Position numbers and translations under genes: made by a program. Under the pieces are notes generated by a model that was not told the origin of the DNA, did no database searches, and saw nothing but the letters and a program-made list of their open reading frames with translations. A stretch of DNA of 64,000 nucleotides. Source: Stylophora pistillata. Its lineage: Eukaryota. Of the stretch, positions 25,501 through 36,806 are shown in pieces (position 1 is the first letter of the stretch; the number at the start of each line of letters is the position of its first letter). Location of the stretch: assembly GCF_002571385.2 (NCBI RefSeq), contig NW_019218160.1, forward strand, positions 243,581 through 307,580, given 5' to 3'.

Positions 25501-28500
25501 TTGTTTTTATCGTGTCTTTTTTTTTTAACAGGAAACTACAGCATAGGAATATTGTGACATTATTAGGAGTGTCATCGACCGAAGACCCTTTCTACCTTGT
25601 GACAGAGTTTTGTGCAAAGGTAAGCGTTTCAGGGCCATGGAAAAACTTGCGTTTGATCAAACAGTTGCAGGTCAGTTGAGTTGCACCTTCAGCTACATAT
25701 CCACAACACCCAACAATCAAAAAGCCTCGGGAATTTAACGTCTTCTAAGTGTGCACCAAATTGTAAAGTTGTGCTGATGTAAGATGTAGTGATCCCTATT
25801 TCCTCGAGGCAGTTCAAAACTTTAAAATTATTTCGAGACTTAAAGAAAAAAAGCGTCAATGCATGACGATAGATGTTCATGAAAGATTAATGAGCAGGTT
25901 TTAGTTGCAGTTGAGAAGTTTGCTAGTATTAGGATAGGTGATAGGATGAAATGTATAATTGACCAATCAAATGTCCGATTGTGCCAGAAGCGATACGGAG
26001 TCAGTATCGAGGTCTGTTTCATCTGATTTTATTACTCATCAAGAGTTTTAGAGTAGTGTTGCGTTTCAAATGATTGTAACTATTTCCCATATTTTCTCTT
26101 TTTTTACATATAGGGAAATTTATTGGAATTCTTGTCGGGAAGAGGCTCAAGTACAATCCAGGAAGATGATCTTGTGAACGTTGCTCAGTAAGGAATTTNT
26201 CTTCTGGGAAAGTGATTCTTGTCAAATAAAGAATGCAGAGCAAGAGACTAGCCTTTATTCTGAACCATCAAACGGCCAAAAAATTACACGTGAAAGTGGC
26301 CCAAAGGAAGATACTATAGGAATGATTTCTTAGTTACCATAATTAATTCATATAAATGTTCTGTTCCACAGGGATGTAGCTCGCGGTATGGAGTATTTAC
26401 AATCCAAAAATGTAGTACACAGGTAAAATGTCTCGCCACAAATTTTTGGAAGGCATGAAAAGATGAGCCGTGATAAGGAATTGTGGGAAACTTGGATTCT
26501 TAGTTGAAAGGGAACCAAGAAACACAGTTGAATAGTACACGCGTTTTGATTGGTTCTTACTTGTGATCTATTGGAAAACAGACGTATGGGTGACATCACC
26601 ACTTACCGATTTTCCTGGGTGTGATATGAAACAAAAAGATTCTATATTGCCGTGCGTCTGTTCAGTAAATATATCAAAGAAAACGTCTAATGTCGTAAGA
26701 ATATCAGACATAATCAGCTGCGCCTAGTGTTCCATTTTTCTGCTCTTGCCAAATGTTGACCTCATCTGTGTTCTATGACCGAACAGTCGCACCGCAACTT
26801 GGAATCTATTGACTATAGTATGGAAAATCAAACCAACCGAGTGTTACAGAGAATGACTGAAGATAAGTGTCTAGAAATTTCTAAGTAAGAATATTACACG
26901 TCACTTAATAGTGTTACGGTATTTTCTCAACCGACAGAAAGTTACAACTCGTACCAACTCAACTTCTTTATTAACTGACGTAATAACTACCGAGCGATAC
27001 CAATAACTAGTACGATAACTATTCTCTTATGTTAGAGCCCTCTATAAAACTATAATGTCAGTGAACTACTGCACAACCCACAGTTCGCTTCAATCATCCT
27101 TATAACTTAACGATGTCCACAAAACTCTTCTCAATATAGCCTTCCACACGGCTGACAATTCCAGTAACAACACTAGCTCCTTTGGGCTCTTCACGACAGC
27201 ACTTACTCACTGAAAAAGGACTAACTTTAAGCGATCGCTACTCCTTATATATGTTTACAAAATGTTCTAGAACATTCTAGGAATCTGTAATACGACTATT
27301 TTTAGTATCATTACATCACTATTGCATCCTAACAAAATATGCTGACTAAGGGTTCTAGAAAGTTTCATTAAGAGTTCTTGATGAGTCAGCATGACTAACC
27401 GTTCCAGAAACTTCTTCAGTTCTATTTGTAGTAATTATGTAACACAACGCTCTCCATACCAGTAGAGCAGTCGAATTTGTAGGATTGTAGTGTTTTTTTT
27501 ATTGGTTGAATTAAACCGTAACACGAGTACATTTTGGGACTTACGGGTATGAGCAATGTTTTGAAAACGAATCAAAACATTACAAGTGGCCATTTAACAC
27601 CAAATATTCGAGAAGTTCATGCGATTTTCTTTTTGGTTTATTACACCCTCAACAAAACTCTCCCAACGAAAATTGTTCTTTCTTTGAATTGATCATTAAA
27701 AAAACTTGAGTTGAAATAGTGATACGCAAACGATGTCCTCGAAAAGGGAAAGTGCTCAGAAACGTTAAGGATCGTCTCACCAGTAATGATCACCTGGTAT
27801 GTTTTTATCACCTGGTATGTAAAAAAGCGCACTATAAATCAATAAATTATTAAATTATTATTATTAGTAGTAATGTAATCTACAGCATTACTGATAAAAA
27901 TTCTGAGCTATAGAGTAATTGTTTTTTGCTCAGAGTCAAATTGAGTGGGATATGTCATCAATACTTGCAGCTTTGCGTATCCTAACTATGTCCTCTTCTC
28001 ATATTTACATCTTCTCACTCCAGGGCGTTAATGGCGAGGAACATTTTGATAGATGAAGATGGAACAGCAAAGGTAGGTCAACCAAGGGTCATAACATTAT
28101 CACATAATGAAAACGCGATTATCTCGGGAGTAGTTGTTTTCACCTTTTATTCAGGTCTCCTTTATTTGGCAGGATTGTGAATTGCAATTGTCAGTCATCA
28201 TTCAGCTAGCGTGGAGCTGTTCTGCGATATAAAATAAAGAAATAGCTTGACTTCCACAGCTGTCATCTATTCTGTGATAAGATTGAAAGAGTACAACGTT
28301 ACTCAGATTCCACTAGTTTCATTTAAACGTCAAATTACGAAAGTTGGCTTCTGCTTAGTGAGGCTTTGAGAGCTTTGATTTATGTGCTTAAATGCCGTTG
28401 GTGTTTAGTCGCCTTTCCTTCACTGTTAGGTGTCTGAGTTTGGACTTGCACAGATGTACAATTCAAGTTCTGAGCGGAAAAATACTTCTGACAAGTGGGC

Positions 28501-31500
28501 AGCTCCAGAAGCAATCAGAGAGGGGGTACAGCGTACTTAGAGCTTTTAAGCATAATTAAAAGCACACACGTAGTAAAATGTGCAGATACATAATGTATCA
28601 AAGATACATAATTTCTAAATCAATCTTTAGTGTTGTTGTTGGTTTCGGTTTTTTCTTCTTTTTTATCTTTTTAATTGTTTGTTTGTTTGTTTGTTTTGGT
28701 TTATTCATATTTTGTGATGGAGGTCTTTTTGACGGTGAATAAGACTTTTTATTCTATGAGTCACGGGTGTTATCAAACAGTTTGTCATTTTACAGTTCAA
28801 TGAGCCAGTAACGTTCAAATTTGAAGTTTAAATCAACCAGTCACATTCAAAGTTGTGGTTTAAATCAACCAATCACAACCTTGGTTTCTTTTATTGAAAA
28901 TTTTCTCTTTGTTTCATCATTTGGCTTTGTTTCTTTACTTTGAAATTGAAATTTTTATGATCTATTGGTAATAAGACTTCGTGTCGTCCAGTTGGGTTTT
29001 TTAATTATACTCGTGGTCAACAAATCGAACTCCCGCTGGGCGGTCGTTCGATTTTGTTATTACTGGTATAGACCGAATTAAACTCCACTCGGTCCTATTA
29101 CCATTATAAAAGGTGTATACCATAACTGGAATCCAGGCGTCAGCGAATGATTTGTCCAGATTTATCGATTTTGTTTATGTCTGCAGATATTTTCCCCCCA
29201 GTCCGATGTGTGGAGTTATGGTGTTTTATTATGGGTGCTTTTTTCGTTTGGTGAAAATCCATATTCTGAGCTGGTTAGTGTTAAGGTGGATTAATGGTTA
29301 CGATCCGATTCAAAGGTCCTTTTGCTTTCTCGTAAGCTGGTAACCTTAAAACATATGATTTAGAATCACGTACTTTGTTTTCTTGTGTTTTCTAACTGAT
29401 GTTAAAAAACCCAAATTTGACATTACAGGAAAGAAAAGCTAACTCATGCGTGTAAGTCAAAGCTCATGGTCTAGACAGTACTAAGAAATAAACAAATTAA
29501 AGTTTTGTTGTGGTGTTTTTATTATGGAATTTAAAATAAGGATGCAACTAGTTGACAGTGGTTGCTTTTAGGTTATTTGCGCGGCTCTTCAAATTTAATT
29601 AATTAGGTTTTGGTTTTAGCCTGCAGACCAACTAGTCGACAAGATCGAAAAAGGGTACCGAATGAAATGTCCTAAAGCATGTAATACCGTCATCTATGGT
29701 ATGATGAGCAACTGGTGGAATATTGATCCAAGGGAACGTCCAAGTTTCAAAGAGATTTATAAATTATTGGCCAACTATTTTTACGGTATGTAATGTCATG
29801 TAACTAAACTGTGCCATCAATTTTTTTCCAAAAACTGAAATCTTTTTTACAATGTGAAAAATTTCTGAACAAGCTTCTAAGGTCAATATTTTTATGCACT
29901 TTTGTTTAGCAACTTGTCGGTGATAAGTCAATTTTCTAAGATTTATTTTACGTATTCATCACTTCATCATGACTTTCTTCGGATGTTGTATGAAGGTTAA
30001 TGTTTTGTACCCCAATTGCCGCTTCGTGGTTCATTAGTTCATTGTAACTATATCGCCAGTGCATTTGATCAATTAATTTTTTCATGTTAAGAATTTAGGG
30101 GTATTTGCCATTGTTTTGCCGTATAAAGATAAGGTAACGTTGTAACTTGAATTAGGTAGGGCTTACCCTAACCCACTTTAACCTACTTTAAAATGTGGAT
30201 TAATTCAAAGTTATTTATGCAAATAGATGAGGTGCCTAAAGAAATTCGTGCACGAGGACGTTTGGCTTTAAAGGCCTACAAAAAGGCTCTGTCAGAAGGG
30301 AAGACATGTGTCAAACGCGTGCCAATCATGTTAATTGGGCAGGACCGCTCCGGAAAAACCAGCCTTGCGAAATCTCTCAAAGGAGAGCGATTCAACTTGG
30401 AGGAAGNGACACTCCAGAGCTTAACAAAATGGTGGTCCTTGACGCTCAGTGGTTGATTGATGTTTTCAAGGAAGTTATAACTATTAGGCCATTTGACAGC
30501 AATGAGAAAAAATTTGAAGAGCTTTGGCTAAGGCTTGAAAACGAAGGAATCTTGGAGGAACCTCTTCTAGAACATGTTTGGGGTTCTCTATATCACAAAG
30601 AGGACACTTGCCAGGGTCTCATTGCGATCATGGAGAAGTTCAGTTTGCTTTGCTCTTGGCCCTTTTTGGATGACTCATGTAGTAAGCAGTACCTAGTGCC
30701 TTCCATGTTAATGTCGCACCCACCAGAAGAAATAATGGAGCTGGTTGTATCTGCAGAAATTCCCCCTCTCTTTATCAAATTTGAATCTGGACAAGTTCCA
30801 CCTGGCTTGTTTCCTCGATTGGTGCTGCAGTTTTTACAGTGGTGCAAACAAGAATGTACAAGCCCAGATCACCCTCAGCTTTACCACAATTTTGTCAGAA
30901 TTTACGATTCCAAAGAGGAAAATTGTTCCGTAATCCTCCTGTGCCATATGTCGTCAATAGAGGTTGTTGCTCACAGAGGTGATGACGGTCATGAGGTAGC
31001 ACACTGTTCAAAGTCAGAGATAACTTCGCCTGTGGAGAACCACCACGACGCCTTTGCTTGTGCAGTATTGAGGCAACTGAAATTGGTGCTTGAGTCCATG
31101 CGAAGGGAATTCTGTTGGCTACAGAATATGAAATATGAAATAAGTTTCTTGTGCCCTGTTTGTTGTCGAAGAGGTGCAGTCAGCTACTGCCGAACACATC
31201 GGAGAAAAAATTGCAAGCAAGAAGAATGCTTCCACTTCTGGCCCGAGTCAAAGCTGTTCAGCGACAAGAAGATGATCTGTTGCACCAGATCTGAAACTGC
31301 TAAGATGAACAGAGTTTCGTTGAAAAACTTCGAGCCTTGGTTTTCTCCTATGAGAAATCAGGTAAATGATTTTAGATAACACAATACTTTCTTTGGAGGT
31401 GAATTTCATTTTGATGAGATGTACAGAAAATGTGTTACGTGTTTGTCCTCAAAAGATAAGACGAGACCGTAAATGTTTAACTACTTGACTGAAACCGTCA

Positions 31501-34483
31501 GAGGACAGGTCCATAAAGACAAATAAGGCACCTATATTTTGGTTCGGTTGTAAAAGTTAAGTGCTTCGGAATATTACTTGTTTTCCCATGCAAAATGAAC
31601 AAAGTTATCCTTTTGTCACACATGCCTAAGGCAAGTATTGTAATTAAGGAAATGCATCAAACGTACAATGGTTAAAAAACGTTGCATTCCCATGATGGTG
31701 CTTAATTCTTTTTCCTTTTTTTAACAGTTTGCTGTCGATAAATGTGGTGACGGAAACTTAGCCTCTGTTGAAGGTAACATTACTGTATATGTTGTTTGAT
31801 GGTTCTCTCTAGAAAACGGAATAGGCAAAAAGTCCTTCATTTGACTGTTAAAAAATACATTTCATTTGACAAACCTTCAGACTGAAGCAAATATTGCCCA
31901 AAACTTTTCATCTTGTCTTTATTTTAAGATGGTGAGGAAAATTTTTCTGCCAATGAGTTTTTGCGAATCCGTTTAACACAGCGGCGAGACGACCAAAATA
32001 TTTCACCACAATTAAAGGAGAGTCTGCAGCTGGAAGAAGCCTTTCCAGAGACGCTGGAGTCTGATTCCAAACGTGGTGATATGGTGCAAAACCTGGATAA
32101 AACTACAAGTGAGTGCATCTTAAGCTTGCTTGTCCTTTCTGTTTTATTAGAAAAAAAAATAACAATGATCACTGCTATAAGAATATCAACATTTTAACCT
32201 AACATCATGAAGAAAAACAAGGGAAGGTTGAAGGCCATAGTTAGATTGCAAAACTGCCAATGTTCTGAAAATATCCGTGGCAGTTCTCCAAAGACATTAC
32301 GCAGTGAATAAATTATTTGAATTATCATTGATTGATGACTCATCTTTTCCTTTTGTTTAACCTAAGCAACCACCGAAGTTTCCCTACCTGATAATGTTAA
32401 GCAATCCCTCTTGTCAGCGTCGTGCAATGCCAACGAGATTGTTCAACAACTGAAGGAGAACCTGCAACTGGACAAAGACGCTCTTGAGCAGCCAGACCCT
32501 GACACCAAGATAATAATCCGTAATCTGGCACAGAAAGCAAAATATCTAAGGAGACTTGATGTCTTTGAACATTTAAGAGAGATTGTACCTGCTGGAACTA
32601 CTGGTTAGTTGTTTGTTCTTGCGAAATCTATCTTGCCGTACCCTTACGTATCCCATAGTTACCTGGAACATGAAACTATGGGATACGTGAGGGTACTGCA
32701 GAAATCAAATCAAAATTATAAAGAAAACATAAATCTTTATAAATTTTTACTTTGACAACCAACTGCAAAGCTGGTATTTGACCTGAAAAACTACATTTTC
32801 TGATGACTCTTTCTTTATGCGTTGGCAGACTCACTAACCGCGTCTAGAAAATAGAATGACCAGTGGTATGTTCAAGGTGTTCGGTTCGCGNTTGTAATTC
32901 CAGTCTGGAAGGCTCTAAGTGGGGGATGGTTGGCCATTTGTATGGTTATTCCAATCAACTCAGTGATTGGTGGATTCATTTGAGTATATTCATTTAATCG
33001 ATCACATTGTCTAATTACAACCCTACAGATTTGTAAATGAAATGGAGTTCTTCACCCAATCACGTTGGAAGAAATTGTAAACTTAAGGTTATAATCTTTA
33101 ATTTAAAAGAGACGATGCAGATCTCTATTTCGAATATTGCTATTGGCGTGTCATATAGTTTTCGATATAGCATGACTATGTGATAATTTCTGGTAGAGGA
33201 TTGTTATATGCATTGAAGTAAGATGACATAGTGGAGATGTAGTAATACTGTACTGTTTTGAGAGTTGCTGATTCATATAGACTATATGTAAAGTTAATGA
33301 AATGAAATTCCTCAAATGGTACGTCTATGAAAGAACCTAGAAGTTTCAAAGAGAAATATACATCCATAAAAAGTCATGCCGTCGATGAGATTTAGTTTCT
33401 TATCTTATAGTATTTTTACACTGCTAGTATCAGATGACTTTGATTTTATCTTGCAAATGTAAATTCATATTTCGTTTAACAGAGGTACTCCCGTAACAAT
33501 TGACATAAGTACAAAATTCGAAGAGTAATGTTGTCTGAGGCGATACATGAAGCTTTTAACCTACTTTGAATTAATATTTGCGTTTCAATAGTTGCACTCA
33601 CCTTTCAAAATTATGATTTCGTAAACGCTTGCTATAGATCACAGCGGTTTACGTTTGAAAGCAAAGTAAGGCTTGGTTAATCTTCTAGAGAAAGAAGCAA
33701 TTCATTTCTCGCCTCTTTGAAGAACATTAGTTTCCTATAGGTTTGCTGTAGTTTGCTACAAATAAACGTTTTGGAGTGTTTATTATTTGTGGTGTTAACT
33801 TGTTTTGTTATGATCGCCATTACTTCCTATGCAAATAATCCCTACAAACTATATCTGAACGCTAGAGCCAGTCTTATTTCAATGGTTCCCAATATAGCAC
33901 GCAAAGTCAATCAAAGTCAGAATCGTCCTGGAAACACCGACATCTTAGAAACTACTTTAATAGTTTTAACAATTTGACTTAAAAGTCAAATAAATGTATG
34001 GATTCATCAGGGCAATAGGCTTATTAGAGAAATCATACACTCTAATTTTCAGTGTAACAGGAACTTTTGAGTGAGTGTGGTATGCATTCAGCTTAACTCA
34101 TTTTCAGTAAAATGAGAAGAATGTGGCAGCGAAATGGCCTGTAACTTACGCAAGCGTAAAGGCTTACCACTGTGGTTATTTCAATTAAGGTCCCATTCTG
34201 AGTTTGAAATGTCAGTTCTGAAATCCACCTCCAAGTTAACCCAACTATTTTTATTATCAAAATAGTTAAAAAACAAACCTTTGATTTAGGTGGCGATGAA
34301 TGGATGGAGCTTGCAGAAGGACTGGGACTGACTCCTCAAGAGATTCGTTTTCTTGACAAGCGTACACTGAACCCAATGGACGCGGCTCTGTCTTTTATTG
34401 CAAAGCAGCGCCACTTAAGCGTGGGCGAGCTGTACGAATTGTTTATTGCACATGACTTTCCTATGTTAGCTGACCTATTGTAA
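10587..34483 (+). CDS. Multi-exon chimeric gene: SH3-SH2-CSK-type tyrosine pseudokinase fused to ROC-COR-helical linker-death domain (ROCO)
   Basis: Hand-spliced, phase-compatible exons: 10587-10670, 17309-17392, 17565-17648, 18142-18207, 18739-18789, 19794-19903, 22044-22163, 22636-22738, 23508-23613, 24237-24302 (GC donor), 24993-25098, 25532-25619, 26114-26187, 26372-26422, 28024-28072, 28430-28525, 29187-29273, 29620-29785, 30227-31361 (N at 30407), 31728-31773, 31929-32108, 32367-32603, 34290-34483. No stop codons within these exons. The first three exons and the terminal exon assignment are the least certain. Confidence 0.8.
12998..13084 (+). mobile_element. Possible tyrosine-recombinase retrotransposon (DIRS/Ngaro) gag N-terminal fragment
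   Basis: [29 protein letters not shown] (CxxC..H..C knuckle), interrupted by a GGGGCCTGTTTCTCG MITE end and an N gap. Family assignment from memory only. Confidence 0.3.
15820..16090. mobile_element. Non-autonomous Penelope-related fold-back repeat with hammerhead-like cores
   Basis: Arms 15820-15908 and 15944-16032 are inverted. Core gct CCGACGA agggctaaccctc GAAA cg TC agc at 15939-15972. 13-bp TSD TAACTTA(A/C)TGGAA at 15807 and 16091. Confidence 0.7.
17290..17800 (+). repeat. Tandem duplication of an 84-nt exon with its flanking intron (~256-bp unit)
   Basis: TATTTCTGCCTTTTCAG|CTGTTT...GCTGCTGAG|GTAAGT repeated at 17309 and 17565, with similar downstream intron sequence. Confidence 0.88.
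18142..23613 (+). CDS. CSK-type SH3 and SH2 domain exons of the chimeric gene
   Basis: [19 protein letters not shown]|[17 protein letters not shown]|[22 protein letters not shown] (SH3); [40 protein letters not shown]|[10 protein letters not shown]...[17 protein letters not shown]|[16 protein letters not shown] (SH2). Closely follows recalled CSK sequence (WPSGTECIAKYNF, DLPFCKGD, GLFLVRES, KVEHYRI, DADGLCTRLIKP). Confidence 0.9.
20208..20524 (+). mobile_element. tRNA-derived SINE, full length
   Basis: tRNA-like head with A box (TGGCCTCATGG) and B box (GGTTCGAGCC); conserved central domain (GGCAAGACACTTTACTCTCAC..CCCAGGTG..AAATGGGTACC); internal 19-bp tandem duplication; 13-bp TSD ATACAAATGAAAC at 20195 and 20525. 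Confidence 0.88.
24237..29785 (+). CDS. CSK-like tyrosine kinase domain exons, predicted pseudokinase
   Basis: GWEINR..IRRGDFG|[27 protein letters not shown]|[21 protein letters not shown]|GNLLEFL..|[17 protein letters not shown]|[16 protein letters not shown]|[18 protein letters not shown]|[18 protein letters not shown]|..GYRMKCP..RPSFKEI. Most intron positions match those recalled for CSK. Confidence 0.9.
26912..27443 (-). mobile_element. Possible solo LTR
   Basis: TGTTAC...GTAACA ends; minus-strand TATATAAGG (~27245) followed by AATAAA (~26970); no TSD found. Confidence 0.4.
28964..29107. repeat. Short palindromic MITE-like repeat
   Basis: TGGTAATAAGAC...GTCCTATTACCA termini with an internal hairpin (AACAAATCGAAC..GTTCGATTTTGTT). 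Confidence 0.55.
30227..31361 (+). CDS. ROC (P-loop GQDRSGKTS) and COR exon; most of ROC lost at the single-N gap at 30407
   Basis: ORFs 30193-30456 and 30306-31379 are the two sides of the N. Both align with the intact paralog at 51864-54124 (VPKEI..RG..A..KA; IGQ.RSGKTS; TPEL..VVLD.QWLI.VF; LVPSMLMS; FESG.VP.GLF; F.CP.CC; CKQEEC.HF). Confidence 0.9.
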
Positions 34484-36021
34484 CTGAAGAAGATTGTTGC
34501 GAGCAAATATTTGTCTGACCTCGGCTTATTTTTTACCTTTGGTAACAGCCAATCTGAACCTAAAAAGGACACTACATGCCTGGATATTTAGGCTTTTACC
34601 TTTTTGCTTTGTTAACGATAAAGAGTGGGGCGCAAAAACCTTTCACCCTGTGTAATTAGGTCCTGTTACCAATTAATCATAACCATTGCAATTTCCGAGA
34701 TAAACAGAGGGGATTAATCGAAATAGGGGTTTGTAATTCCAGTCTGGAAGGCTCTAAGTGGGGGATGGTTGGCTATTTGTATGGTTATTCCAATCAACTC
34801 AGTGATTGGTGGATTCATTTGAGTATATTCATTTAATCGATCACGTTGTCTAATTACAACCCTACAGATTTGTAAATGAAATGAGTTCTTCATCCAATTA
34901 CGTTCAAAGAGATTGTAAACTTAAGGTTATAATTTTGATTTAAAAGAGACTACGCAGATCTCTATTTCGAATATTGCTTTAGGCGTGTCCTATAGTTTTC
35001 GATATAGCATGAGTATGTGCTAATTTCTGGTAGAGGATTGTTATATGCATTCAAGTAAGATGACAGTAGAGATGTAGTAATACTGTACTGTTTTGAGAAT
35101 TGCTGATTCATATAGACTATATGTAAAGTTAATGAAATGAAATTCCTCAAATGGTATGTCTATGAAAGAACCTAGAAGTTTCAAAGAGAAATATACACCC
35201 ATAAAAAGTCATGCTGTCGATGAGATTTAGTTTCTTATCTTGTATGGTATTTTTACACAGCTAGTATCAGATGACTTTGATTTTATCTTGCAAATGTAAA
35301 TTCATATTTCGTATAACAGAGGTACTCACGTAACAATTGACATAAGCACGAAATCCGAAGAGTAATGTTGTTATCTGAGGCGATAAATGAAGCTATTAAG
35401 TAACCTACTTTGAATTAAGATTTGCGTTTCAATTGTTGCACTCAGCTTTCAAAATGATGATTTCGCAAACGCTTGCAATAGATCACAGCGGTTTACGTTT
35501 GAAAGCAAAGTGAGGCTTGGTTAATCTTGTACAGAAAAAAGCAATTAATTTCTCGCCTCTTCGAGGAACGCTTAATTTCTTATAGGTTTGCTGTAGTTTG
35601 CTACAAATAAACGTTTTGGAGTGTTTATTATTTGTGGCGTTAACTTGTTTTGGTATGATCGCCATTGCTACCTATGCAAATTATCCCTACAAACTATATC
35701 TGAACGCTAGAGCCAGTCTTATTTCAATGGTTCCCTACATAACAGGCAAAGTCAGTCAAAGTCAGAATCGTCCTGGAAACACTGAAATCTTGGAAACTAT
35801 TTTAATAGTTTTAACCATTTGACTTAAAAGTCAAATAAATGTTTGGATTCCGTTAAGGCAAGAGGCTTATGAGAGAAATCATACACTCTAATTTTCAGTG
35901 TAACAGCAACTTTTGGAGTGAGTGTGGTATGCATGAAGCTCAACACATTTTCAGTAAAATAAGAAGAATGCAGCAGCGAAATGGCCTGTAACTTACGCAT
36001 GCGTAAAGCCTTACCACTGTG
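32892..36021 (+). repeat. ~1.3-kb local direct duplication (32892-34173 and ~34730-36021)
   Basis: Near-identical text in both blocks, including the paired ORFs at 33753 and 35598. The first block starts exactly at the N at 32891. Confidence 0.92.
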
Positions 36022-36806
36022 GTAGTGACTGTGCCCCCGAGTAAGGTGTTGGTCTTCACGTGAAGCTTAGTAATGAGGTCATGTTTTCCTAAATAGTTGC
36101 CAAGCTTGAACATCGATGTCTTCCGTTTAACTTGTTGAGATTTTCTAGGTTACTTTCTTGAAATTCAAACATTACACAAATGTCGAAGGCTATTTTACTT
36201 ACCAGAGAACTCACACGAAAAGATAGTTTTCTCACATGGGCCCTTGAACGGCTAAATCATGTAACACGAACTGATTACGTTACCATACCGAAACGAAAAG
36301 AGTTGCAATTGAGGTAAAACCATCTTACACAAAATATGTTATGAAATAATTTCCCAATGGGTAAGAAATCACACATAAGAGGTTGGAATCCTCAGGGGGA
36401 GGAGTGGGGTCTAAACATTTTTGTGTTTCCAGAATAAGAGTCTTTAACATAACCAAAAATCATCCAACTCCCTTTCGCTTAGACCCCTCTCAATATCCAA
36501 CTGCCGGTCCCTCGTGTGGTTCTAGTGATACATTTAAACAGCAATCTTTAAGTTAGGTTTGGAGCGCTTTTCTTCTATAGCTTTTCTGACCTATTCATCT
36601 TACAGCAGGTTGAAAAAGAATGATAGTGTACGGTACGTCAAATATGCATGTCGGCGAAAGCCTAAAATAAGTAAAAGCAGATATAAAACATTACTTATTA
36701 CCAAGAATTGTGGTCGAATACACCTAAAAAGTCTGTAAACGTACGGAGGTATCAAAATGATAAAAGAAAGTAATATCACGTTTGACTCTTTCGTTACAGT
36801 GATACT

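Noticed and set aside
30306-30410. Frameshift or true deletion in ROC of the chimeric gene
   Set aside because: The frame change coincides exactly with an N at 30407, so it is most likely a collapsed assembly gap and cannot be counted as a lesion.
10587-34483. DAPK1 or LRRK ortholog
   Set aside because: The kinase is CSK-type tyrosine kinase with SH3/SH2 and lies N-terminal to ROC; no ankyrin, LRR or WD40 repeats were seen.
33753-35822. Paired 74-aa hydrophobic ORFs (33753 and 35598) as small membrane proteins
   Set aside because: TTG starts within the duplicated 3' region; the similarity is explained by DNA duplication.
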